Shown here: positions 39,541 through 50,759 of the stretch, piece by piece
Position numbering within the stretch: position 1 is the stretch's first letter
Layout of the letters: each line of letters starts with the position of its first letter
Assembly (NCBI RefSeq): GCF_963921235.1
Contig: NC_086108.1
Span: 109,866,001-109,930,000 of the forward strand
Source: Mobula hypostoma
Lineage: Eukaryota
DNA length: 64,000 bases
Direction of reading: 5' to 3'
Translations under genes and position numbers: made by a program
The notes under the pieces: generated by a model
The model's input: the letters and a program-made list of their open reading frames with translations, nothing else
The model's database searches: none
Told to the model about the DNA's origin: nothing

Positions 39541-40446
39541 AGGAGAGGGGAAGAGGGGGAAGAGGGGAAGAGGGGGAAGAGGGGGAGAGGGGGAAGAGGG
39601 GGAGAGGGGGGAAGAGGGGGAGAGGGGGGAAGAGGGGGGAAGAGGGGGGAAGGGGGGAAGAGGGGGGAAGAGGGGGAAGAGGGGGAAGAGGGGGGAGGGG
39701 GAGAGGGGGGAGAGGAGGGGAGAGGGGGGAGGGGGGAAGAGGGGGAAGAGGGGGAAGAGGGGGAAGAGGGGGAAGAGGGGGAAGAGGGGGGAGGGGGGAG
39801 AGGGGAAGAGGGGGAGAGGGGGAGAGGGGGGAGAGGGGGGAGGGGGGAGGGGGGAGAGGGGGAAGGGGGGAGGGGGAAGAGGGGGAAGAGGGGGAAGAGG
39901 GGGAGAGGGGGAGAGGGGGAGAGGGGGAGAGGAGGGGGGAGGGGGGGAGGGGGGAGAGGGGGAGAGAGGGGGAAGAGGGGGAAGAGGGGGAGGGAGAGGG
40001 GGGGGGGAGGGGGAGAGGGGGAGAGGGGGAGAGGGGGAGAGGGGGAGAGGGGGAGAGGGGGAGAGGGGGAGAGGGGGAGAGGGGGAGAGGGGGAGGGGAG
40101 AGGGAGAGGGGGAGAGGGGGAGGGGGGAGAGGGGGAGAGGGGGAGAGGGGGAGAGGGGGAGAGGGGGAGGGGGGGGGGGGGAGGGGGAAGAGGGGGAAGA
40201 GGGGGAGAGGGGGAAGAGGGGGAGAGGGGGAGAGGGGGAGAGGGGGAGGGAGGGGGAGGGGGGGAGAGGGGGGAGAGGGGGAGAGGGGGGGAGAGGGGGA
40301 GAGGGGGGGAGAGGGGGAGAGGGGGGAGAGGGGGAGAGGGGGGAGAGGGGGAGAGGGGGGAGAGGGGGAGAGGGGGAGAGGGGGGAGAGGGGGGAGGGGG
40401 GGAGAGGGGGGAGAGGGAGAGAGGGGGGAGAGGGGGGAGAGGGGGA
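39541..40446. repeat. 906-bp pure purine (G/A) low-complexity tract
   Basis: No C or T seen between 39541 and 40446. Units GGGGAAGAG / GGGGGAGAG. Confidence 0.97.
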
Positions 40447-42796
40447 TCAGAGGGGGGGAAGAAGGATACTGATCATGAGCAGGCAGAAGAAATTGCAGTA
40501 GTTGAATTTAACATCATGCCCAGCAGAGACATGATGGGCTGAAGGACCTGTTCCTGTGCTGGTCTGTGCACAATGTCCTCTGCATCAGCAGCAAGTGAAT
40601 GGAATTGTGGGTGTAGTGGGTTGAGACCCTGCATTGTTCGTTTGGTCTGACAGCATGTTGGAGGGCAAAGCTCTGAAAATCTTCATATAGGACCTGGAAA
40701 AACCACAGATGAAGAAGATCGGCAGGTGGAATTTAATTCAGTCAAGTGTGCAGTGTTGCACTTTGAGAATGAAGATGGAATTTAACTCAGTCAAGTGTGC
40801 GGTGTTGCACTTTGAGAGGACCGACCAGGGTAGGACTTAGACAGTGAGTGTTGGGGGACTGAGGAGTGTGGTGGAACAGAGGGATCTGGAAATACAGATC
40901 CATAATTCCTCGAAAGTGGCGTCACAGGTGAGATAGGGTAAAGAGTGTCATGTCATATGACATGGGTGATCGTGGTGTTTTATGACCTTGATTGTTCTTG
41001 CCAAATTTTTCAACAGAAGTGGTTTGCCTTCTTTTGGGAAGCGTCTTTACAAGACGGGTGACCCCAGCCATTATCAACACTGTACAGAGATTGTCTGCCT
41101 GGTGTCAGTGGTCGCAAAACCAGTATTTGTAATATGCACCGGCTGCTCACACAACCATCCACCACCTGCTCCAATGGCTTCGCGTAACCCTGATTGGGGG
41201 GCTAAGCAGGTGCTACACCTTACCCAAGGGTGAGCTGCAGGCTAGTGGAGGGAAGGAGCACCTTACACCCGCTTTGGTAGAGACATCTTCACCCCACCAC
41301 CCACATATTGTATTAGGGAATCACTTAATAGTCTTCTCACCCCGCCTCCTGCTTTGGCACATTGGCTTTCGTAAATCAAGGTGTTGAGTACTGAGCCAAC
41401 GGGCGTGTTTATGTGCTGCAGTTCTCGATGACACAATCACTATAAACACAAGAGTTTCTACAGATGCTGGAACTCCAGGGCAAGAGACTCAAAATGCTGG
41501 AGGAACTCAGCAGGTCAGGCAGCATCTATGAAAATGAATAAACAGTCACTGTTTTGGGGTGAGACCCTTCAGGATGAAGGGTCCAGATAGGGGTCTCAGC
41601 CTCTCCACAGATGCTGCCTCACCGGCTGAGTTCTTCCAGCATTTTGTGTGTGTGCGTTGCCACAGACCAAGAGCTTAGAACTGTGATCAGCTGAATTGCC
41701 TCGTTCTTGTGCCTTAGAAGTCTATGATTCCATTTCAAAACAAATGATATGGGATCTTTTACATCTATCCGTGTTAGCAAGCAGGTGGGCCTCGCTAATA
41801 TCTCAGTTGAAAGTCTTCACCCCAGTCATGAAACACTCCCTCGGTACAGGACCAGCGTGTTGGCTTGAGTTAGTGAGTAAGTCTGGATCAATGGTAGTGT
41901 AGCAGTTAGAGTATCGCTTTACAGTGCAAATACTTGCATGCTGCCCCAGAACAATCCTTGCTAATTCTATTTGACACAAATGACACATTTCACTGGAAGT
42001 TTTAGAGAGGGAGGAGTGTGGCCTACTCATCTATGGTTTAAAACACACAACATAAGCAGAGCTAGTTTTGAAAGTCTGGGTCCAAGGTACAATGGTGTGT
42101 GTTGCAATTAACCTGTTAATTAGTTCCAGAACAAGAGGCAAGAGTGTAACTGGGAGCCAGCTGGTTTTGTAAGAACATAAGATGATTATCACTGCCTGGT
42201 ATGGTGACTCCAGTGCACAGGAACATGGAAAATAAAACTTCAGAGAGTTGCAAACTCAACCAGCACCAGCCTCCCCGTGGGTGAGGACATCTTCAAAAGG
42301 TGATGCCCCAAAAAGACACAATCCATCATTAATGACCCACACCCTCCTCTCATTACTACCATCAGCAATGCTGAGTTCCTCCAGCTTTTTGTGTGTGTTG
42401 CTCAGGAGATACAGGAGGCAATGATGCAGAGTAACACACACAAAGTGCTGGAGGAACTCAGCAGACCAGGCAGCATCTATGGAAAAGAGTAAACAATCGA
42501 CGTTTCGGGCCGAGACCCTTTGGCAGGACTCAAAGGTTCAGGAACAGCTTCTTCCCCTCCAGCATCAGATCTCTGGATGGACATTGAATCCATGAACGTT
42601 ACCTCAATATTCCTCTTTTGTCTAATTTAATATATCCTTTTATTGTAACTTGCAGTTTTTTTGTGTATTGCATTGCGCTGCTGCCAGAAAACAAGAAATT
42701 TTACAACATAGGTCAGTGATAACAAACCTGATTCTGAATCAGAGATGCACTCTCCCCTAGACTGACGGTTTCAACCATGCCCTGCTGAATTTGCCA

Positions 42797-43225
42797 CACA
42801 AACAATAACCTCTTACTCAATGTCAGCAAGACCAAGGAGCTCATTATTGACTTCAGGAGGAGGCAAACGGAGGTCCATGAGGTCCTCATTGGGGGATCAG
42901 CGTGGAGAGGGGTCAGCAACTTTAAATTCCAAGGTGTTATCATTTCAGAAGACCTGTCCTGGGCCCAATATGTAAGTGCGATTACGAAGAAAGCACTGCA
43001 GCACCCCTTCTTCCTTAGGAGTTTGCAAAGATCTGGCATGAAATCTAAAACTTTGACAAGCTTCCATAGATGTGCAGTAGAGAGTATATTGACTGGTTGC
43101 ATCACAGCCTGGTATGGGAACACCAATGCCCTTGAATGGAAAATCCTACACAAAGCAGTGGACACAGCCCAGTCTACCACAGGTGACGCCCTCCCCACCA
43201 TTGAGCACATCTACATGGAGCGTTG
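42797..43225 (+). mobile_element. Rex1/Babar-type LINE fragment
   Basis: NNLLLNVSKTKELIIDFRR and ESILTGCITAWYGN remnants. Confidence 0.82.
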
Positions 43226-43227
43226 AC

Positions 43228-43800
43228 AAAGGAAATCGCAATGTAACGATGCAGCTCTATAAAACTCTGGTTAGGCCACACTTGGAGTACTGTGTCCAGT
43301 TCTGGTCACCTCACTATAGGAAGGATGTGGAAGCATTGGAAAGGGTACAGAGGAGATTTACGAGGATGCTGCCTGGTTTTGAGAGTAGGCATTATGATCA
43401 GAGATTAAGGGAGCTAGGGCTTTACTCTTTGGAGAGAAGGAGGATGAGAGGAGACATGACTGAGGTGTACAAGATAATAAGAGGAATAGATAGAGTGGAT
43501 AGCCAGCGTCTCTTCCCCAGGGCACCACTGCTCAATACAAGAGGACCTGGCTTTAAGGTAAGGGGTGGGAAGTTCAAGGGGGATATTAGAGCAAGGATTT
43601 TTACTCAGAGAGTGGTTGGTGTGTGGAATGCACTGCCTGAGTCAGTGGTGGAGGCAGATACACTAGTGAAGTTTAAGAGACTACTGGACAGGTATATGGA
43701 GGAATTTATGGTTGGGGGTTATATGGGAGGCAGGGTTTGAGGGTCGGCACAACGTTGTGGGCCGAAGGGCCTGTAATGTGCTGTACTATTCTATGTCCCA
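43228..43800 (+). mobile_element. CR1 LINE 3' fragment
   Basis: LYKTLVRPHLEYCVQFWSPHYRKDV...FTQRVVGVWNALP. Confidence 0.92.
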
Positions 43801-44789
43801 TGTTAGGGACCCGCTTCACTTCATGCTCTCTTCTCACTGCTACCATCAAGAAGGAGCCACAGGAGCCTCATGACTCACACACCAAGTTCAGAATCAGAAT
43901 CAGGTTTAATATCACTGCATATGTCGTGAAATCTGTTAACTTTGCAGCAGCAGTACAATGTAATACATGATAAAGATAGAAAAAAACTGGATTACAGTAA
44001 GTATGTATATTAAATAGTTAAGTTAGAATAAGTAGTGCAAAAACAGAAATTTAAAAAGTAGTGAGGTGGTGTTCATGGGTTCAATGTCTATTTAGAAACC
44101 GGACAGCAGAGGGGAAGAATCTGTTCCTGATTCATTGAGTGCCTTCAGGCTCCTGTACCTTCTTCCTGATGGTAACAATGAGAAGAGGGCATATCCTGGG
44201 TGATGGGGGTATTTAATGATGAATGCTACCTTCCTGAGTCACCATCCCTCGAAGATGTCTCGGATACAACGGAGGCTAGTGCCCATAATGGGGTCAGGGT
44301 CCAGTGGTATAGAGTTGGTAAAGCGAACTGAACTGATCTGGTGAATAAAAAGCTTCAGGAGGAGGAAACCAGAGGTCCATGAGGCAGTTCTCATCAGAGG
44401 ATCAGAGGTGGAGTGAGTCTGCAACTTTATATTCCTCAGTGGGATCTGTCCTGCGCCCAGCATTCAAATACAATAATGAAGAAAACATGGCAGTGCCTCT
44501 ATTTCCTTCGCAGTTTGCAAAGATTCAGCATGACATCTAAAACTTTGACAAACTTCTATAGATGTGTTAGTGGAGAGTACACTGACTGGCTGCATCAAAG
44601 CCTAGTGTGGCAACACCAGTACCTTTAATAGAAAATCCTACAAAAAGTAGTGGATATGGCCCCATGCATCTACTCGGAATGTTCTCACAAGAAAGCAGTA
44701 TCCGTGATCAGGGACGCCCACCACTCAAGGGTTATAGACTATCTGTTGGATGGAAGTGACTGATAGAGGCAGATGCCAAGTTTTTAAGC

Positions 44790-44908
44790 TCACCAGTGGG
44801 AGGTGGTGCTTTAACACTGCTGGCCCACCACCTCGAGGGAGTCTTGATCATAAGTGGGCCGAAACTCCTGAAGACAGGTGGCAGATCAACTGATGATCCC
44901 ACTGGTGA
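44790..44908 (+). ncRNA. Candidate hammerhead ribozyme with permuted, pseudoknotted topology and a kink-turn; predicted cleavage after GUC, between 44843 and 44844
   Basis: CUGAUGA 44890-96, GAAA 44861-64, GUC 44841-43. Stem I 44844-49/44884-89, stem II 44822-28/44854-60, stem III 44838-42/44864-68, closing helix 44790-801/44897-908. Confidence 0.65.
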
Positions 44909-44954
44909 TAGCACGGGACAGTTAACATCTTAGTCCACGTGTATTTTGTAACTC

Positions 44955-45438
44955 TAGCTAGGAGGGCGCTTTTGTTTAAATGGAAAGATGTTTCTCCTCC
45001 TATTCATGCTCAATGGTTATGCGACCTTATGTCATGCTTAGATTTAGAGAAGATTCGTTGTTCAATTTCTGAATCTCGTCAAGACTTTCAAACATCGTGG
45101 GGACCCTTTCTGAATTTTTTTCAAAACTTTCAAAAACCCTCAATTCATTGTTTAAATTTAGATGTTGGCTATTATTAATTTTTATTATACGAGAAGGTAT
45201 TTTACCTTTTTTTCTCCTTAATAAACAGCTTCGGTCTTGGTAGGGGTTAGACTCTTTTTTTGTAATAAATTAGTATATTTCAATATAACTTTGACTAACC
45301 TACATGAATATGGGGTAATGAGATTGTTATTATGAATAGATATAATGTAATTGGTAGGGTTTTTTTGACCTTTTATATATACTTCCTTGTACTCTGTATT
45401 CTTCTATGTAGAAACTAATAGAAATATTGAAAGAAAAA
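44955..45438 (+). mobile_element. L1/Tx1-clade LINE 3' end (ORF2 C-terminus and AT-rich 3' UTR)
   Basis: LARRALLFKWK..SPP..AQWL.DLMSCL.LEKIR...WGPFL, typical of fish L1 ORF2 ends, with an A-rich terminus. Confidence 0.8.
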
Positions 45439-45812
45439 TTCTCTAGCTGGTTACCTTTCCCACCCACCTGGTATCACCTCTCACCTTCAGGCCTGTCCTC
45501 CTTCCCCTCCCCCCACCTTTTTCTATTCTGGAATCTTCCCCCTTCCATTCCAGTCCTGATGAAGGGTCTCGGCCCAAAACATCGACTATCCATTCTTTTC
45601 CATAGCTGCTGCCTGACCTGCTGAGCTCCCTCACCATTTTGCGTGTGTTGCTCTGGATTCCCAGAATCTGCAGAATATCTTCTGTTTATAATAAATTAAT
45701 TTACCAATTATTTCCCAATTTCCTGATTTTTTTTTTCAGATTCTCAGCAGCTACAATAGCTTGCTTCAGGACATTAAACTTTACCAAAATGCTCGAGTCA
45801 GAATCACCTTAC

Positions 45813-46029
45813 CAGGTTGGCATCAGTGGGTGTGTGGTACTTCTCCGTGCCCATTCGTACCAACCCATCGTTGTACAAAAATATCCGCAAGGGGTCGCAA
45901 GAGGTCACCAGGATGTAGATGCGGAGGTCAAACTTGTAACCTTCCAGGAGGAATGGCTTGTCCAGGTACTCTTGCACAATCAAGTGCTCATGGGCCTGTA
46001 GTTTATCCCCGTTCCTTATCAACGAGATT
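45813..46029 (-). CDS. TTLL7: TTLL7 internal exon (217 bp): ISLIRNGDKLQAHEHLIVQEYLDKPFLLEGYKFDLRIYILVTSCDPLRIFLYNDGLVRMGTEKYHTPTDANL
   Basis: ATP-grasp motifs QEY and KFDLRIY. Acceptor tgctgcag, donor CTG|gtaagg. Phase fits the previous exon. Confidence 0.97.
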
Positions 46030-48303
46030 CTGCAGCAGAAATAGTGACACTAGGAGTCACAGGGTAGGTTTAGTTAACAACATCACCGCCACTCCATTGA
46101 CCTGAATAAAAGCTGCAAGACCACAGGACAGGAGCAGAATTAGGCCATTCAACCCATCAAGAATATCTTTAGCCGGAATGGTGAATCTGTGAAATTCGTT
46201 GTCACAGGTGGCTGTGGAGGGCAAGTCATTGGGTATACTTAAGGCAGAGGTTGATAGGTTCTTTGTTGGTCAGGGCATGAAGGGATACGGCGAGAAGACA
46301 GGAGACTGGGGCTGAGAGGGAAAATGAACCAGCCATGATGAAACGCCGGAGCAAATTCAATGAGCCAAATGGCCTAATTCTGCTCCTATATCTTATGGTC
46401 TTATGGTGATTTCAGATATTTCTCTGTACTAAAGGCACAGTAGCGTAGTAGTTAGTTATCAATTTACAATGCCAGTGATTGAGGTGCGACTCCCAGCACT
46501 GTCTGTATGGAGTTCGCACATTCTCCCCATGACTGCGTGGCTTTCCTCTAAGAGCTCTGGTTTCCTCCCACGTTCCATAGACACATGGGTTAGGGTAGTG
46601 CGTTGTGGGCAGGCTAGATTGGCACCAGTAGTGTGTTGACACTTGCACGCTGCTCTCAGCACAATCCTCAGACTGTGTCGGTCGTTGATGTAAATGACCC
46701 ATTTCAATGTATGCTTTGATGTTTTGATGTACATGTGACTAATAAAGATAATCTTAACCTTTACACTGATCTACCGCTAGACTGACCTTTTTTTTAAGGT
46801 AAGCTTTCTTGAAGCTTTGCAATATTACTTCTAATGTTATTTAATCTCCCGAGCCTTCTGCTGCCCAGTAACTGAATGTTACATTTTTTCTCCTGTCTGT
46901 TTCCCTATAATATTCATTATCCCCTACGGTTCAACACCGACTCATTTATTTTTTATTCAGAGACACAGTGCAAAATAAGCCCTCCTGGCCCTTCGAGCTG
47001 CACTGCCCAGCAACCCCTGATGTCCCCAATTTAATCCGAACCTAGTCACGGGACAGTTTACAATGACCAATTAAACTACCCAGTACGTCTTTGGACTGTG
47101 GGAGGAAACTGGAACACCCGGAGAAAACCCACACGTTCCACAGGGAGAACGTAGAGAGACTCCTTACAAGTCTGATGATGGATCACCGCCTTGAAATGTC
47201 GGTATTGGTTACTGCCTACCATCACAAAAGGCAGATTATTCCAGTAGCTACACAATTCAATTTGACTTCCCATTCTGATATGTCCATCCATGTCCCTCCA
47301 CTGCAACTATGAGGCCAAACTCATTTGGAGGAGCAACACCTCATACTCTGTCTGGGTAGCCCCCAACCCAATAGCACGAACATCAATTTCTTCAACTTCT
47401 GGTAACCTTCCACACCTTCCATCTCTCCTTTTCCGTTCTCCATTCTGGTTACCCTTCTCTTCTCCTCACCTACCATCACCTCTCTCTAGTTCCTCCCCTC
47501 TTTCCCTCTCTCCCATGGTCCACTATCCTCGCCAATCAGATTCCTTCTTCTTCACCCCTTTACCTCTTCCACCTATCACCTCCTAGCTTCTTACTTCATC
47601 CCCCCATCCCCCACACACCCACCTTCCCCCTCACCTGGTCTCACTTATCACCTTCTGTCTTGTACGCCTTCCCCTCCCCCCACCTTCATATTCGAGCTTC
47701 TGTCCCCTTCCTTTCCCATCCTGATGAAGGGCCTTGCCCCAAAAATCAACTGTTTTTCCTCTCCATAGATGTTGCCTGAATTGCTGAGTTCCTCCAGCAC
47801 TTTGTGTGTGTTGCTCTGGGTTTCCAGTATGTCTCCAAGTCAGAACTAATTTGGCAATCATAAGACTATAAGACATAGGAGCCGAATTAGCCCATCTAGC
47901 CTGCTCCACCATTCCATCATGGCCAATTTATTATCCCTCCCAACCCCATTCTCCTGTCTTCTCCCCATAACCTTTGACATGATTGCTAATTAAGGAACTA
48001 TCAACTGCCGCTTTAAATATACCCAATGATTTGGTCTCCACAGCCGTCTGTGGCAATGAATTCCACAGACTAAAGAAATTTCTCTTCACCTCTGTTCTAA
48101 AGGGACGTACTTCTATTCTGAGTCTGGTCCTGTGGCCCCCCCCCCCCCCACCACTACAGGAAACATCCTCTCACATCCATTCTGTCTAGGCCTTTCAATA
48201 CCTGGTAAGTTTCAATGAGATTCTCTCTTCCCACCTCCCCCTACCATAATTCTTCTAAACTCCAACGAGTACAGGCCCAGAGCCATCAAATGTTCCTCAT
48301 ACA

Positions 48304-48503
48304 ATAAACACAAAATAATCTGCAGATGCTGGGATCAAAGCAACACTCACAGTACGCTGGAGGAACTCGGCAGGTCGGGCAGCATCAGTGGAAACGATGA
48401 GTCAATGTTTCGGGCCGGAACCCTTCGTCAGGACTGTAGGGGGAAGTCCGGCCCAAAACGTCAACTCGTCGTTTCCACTGATGCTGCCCGGCCTGCTGAG
48501 CTC
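48304..48503. mobile_element. Inverted pair of PLE termini inserted into a CR1
   Basis: 11-bp TSD TTCCTCATACA at 48293-303 and 48504-514. Inverted arms at about 48366-419 and 48448-500. Confidence 0.8.
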
Positions 48504-50759
48504 TTCCTCATACAGTAACCCAGTCATTCCCAGAATCATCCTTGTGAACCTCCCCTGGACAGTCCAACGCCAGCACATCCTTTCTTAGATAAGGGGCCCA
48601 AAACTGCCCACAATGCTTCAAGAGCGCAGATTAACTCGCTGCAAAGATTGATTAGCTTTGGAGATGGAAAACCTGGTTTGACAGCTCTCAGTCAAAGGCA
48701 CACAGGATGTGCATTTGGCTAGAAGTAGCAAGTGACACAGAGCCTACTCAGCTCTGTGCCATTCAGATCCCTGAAATTAAGGAGATGTTCAACGCCCAAT
48801 GAGTGGGTCCAGTGATTGCTCCCACTGCCTCTCTCCAGATGGCTGTTCAGTGGGACATTTACAGCAGCAGAGACAGACAACATCAGACAGCATGCCCAAA
48901 ACTTCCACACACAATATTCCCTCGTTCCTTCACAGTATCCCCACATGGAGGCTGAGGCTAATAAAACAGCTAATAAATAATTTAGAAAGTGCAATCTGCA
49001 GCTGAATAGACAGTACCTGGAGGACTCTAAGAGATTTTAATTTTGCAGACGCAGAGTAAAGAACCAGCTTTGTAGAAAATCACCACTGAACCCTCTGCCC
49101 TGTGTCATCTGCCGCTGTCTTATCGTCTTAATTCAGCCTCGCTTCATTAAAAAGCTGGCTTGATGCAAATTCAAATCCCGCAACTAAGGCACCTCAGTTG
49201 ATTCATTTCTGTATCAACGATCTGGATGACAATGTGGTAAACTGGATCAGCAAGTTTTCAGATGACAACAAGATTGGGGGTGTAGAGGACATCGAGGCAG
49301 ACTATCAAAGCCTGCAGCAGGATCTGGACCTGTTGGAAAAATGGGTTGAAAAATGGGAGATGCAATTTAATGCAGACAGGTGTGAGGTGTTGCACTTTGG
49401 GAGGACAAACCAAGGTAGGTTTTACATAGTGAGTGGTAGGGCACTGAGGAGTGTGGTAGAAGAGAGAGATTGGGGAATACAGATCCATAAGTCCTTGAAA
49501 GTGGGATCACATGTTGATAGGTTTGCACAAAGAAATTTTGGCACATTGACCTTCATAAATCATAAGACCAGAAGACCATAAGGCATAAGAGCAGAATTAG
49601 ACCATTTGGCCCATCAAGTCTGCTCTGCCATTCAATCATGGTTGATCTTGTTTTTCACCTCTCCTCAGCCCCACTCCCCGGCCTTCTCCCCGTAACCTTT
49701 GATGCCATGTCCAATCAAGAACCTATCAATCTCTGCCTTAAATAAACCCAACAACCTGGCCTCCACAGCTGCCTGTGGTAACAAATTCCACAAATTCACC
49801 ACCCTCTAGCTAAAGAAATTTCTCTGAACCTCTGTTTCAAATGGACACTCCTCTATCTTATGGCTGTGCCCTCTTGTCCTAGACTCCCCCATCATGGGAA
49901 ACATCCTTTCCACATCTACCATGTCTGGGCCTTTCAACATTTTGATAGGTTTCAATGAGATTCCCCCCTCATCCTTCTAAATTCCAGCGAGTACAGACCA
50001 GAGCTATCAAACATCAGGAGCCTGAGAGGGAAGTTTTTCACTCAGAGGGTGATGAGAATGGCAACGATCCATCAGCAGAAGTGATGGACGTGAATTCAAT
50101 TTCAACATTTTAGAGAGGTTTTTGGATAGGTACATGAATGGGAGGGGAATGACAATATTGAGATAAGCAACTTCACTCTGTCTGCCACAAAAGGCAGGAC
50201 CTCCCAGTGGCCACTCATTTCAATTCCACTTCCCAATCCCATTCCCATTTTGCCATGCCTGTCCATGGCCTCCTCTACTGCCATGATGAGACCAGACTCA
50301 CATTGGAAGGGCAAGAACTCATATTCTGAGTAGCCTCCAACCTGATGACACGATTAAATATTAAAAGTTAGCTTTATTTGTCACATCAAAACAGAGTAAA
50401 ATGTGTTGTTGATGTCAAATCAAATCAGCGAGGATGTGCTGGGTAGCCGACAAATGTTACATCCTTTCCAGGGCCAACCATCGCCGACTGGGATTCATTT
50501 CCATCTGCTGTCTGTAAGGAATTTGTTCTCCCAATGACCGCGTGGGTTTCCTCCGGATGCTCCGGTTTCCTCCCACAGTCCATAAGACGTACAGGTCAGT
50601 AAATTGCAGGCACGCTATGTTGGAGTCAGAAGCCTGGCGAAGCTTGCGGGTTGCCACCCCCAGCACGTATTCAGGCAGTGTTGCTCATTGACGCAAATGA
50701 CACTTCACTGTATGTTCTGATGTAAATGTGACCCATAAAGCTAATCTTTAAAATTTGGG

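Noticed and set aside
39455..40501. 348-aa Gly/Arg/Glu-rich ORF
   Set aside because: A by-product of a purine-only tract that cannot contain stop codons; no gene context.
40727..40818. About 49-bp tandem duplication
   Set aside because: Ordinary local duplication inside a decayed CR1 fragment.
40945..41305. Possible ribozyme fold in an RTE-related SINE-like element (-)
   Set aside because: Only one convincing helix was found; no consistent HDV or hammerhead core could be assembled.
44773..44860. HDV-like ribozyme reading of the minus strand (GGCCCACU...ACU CCCUCGA GGU GGUGGGCC)
   Set aside because: P1 would be 8 bp, the P1.1 GG is missing, P4 overlaps P1 and J4/2 is too long. The plus-strand hammerhead reading explains more nucleotides.
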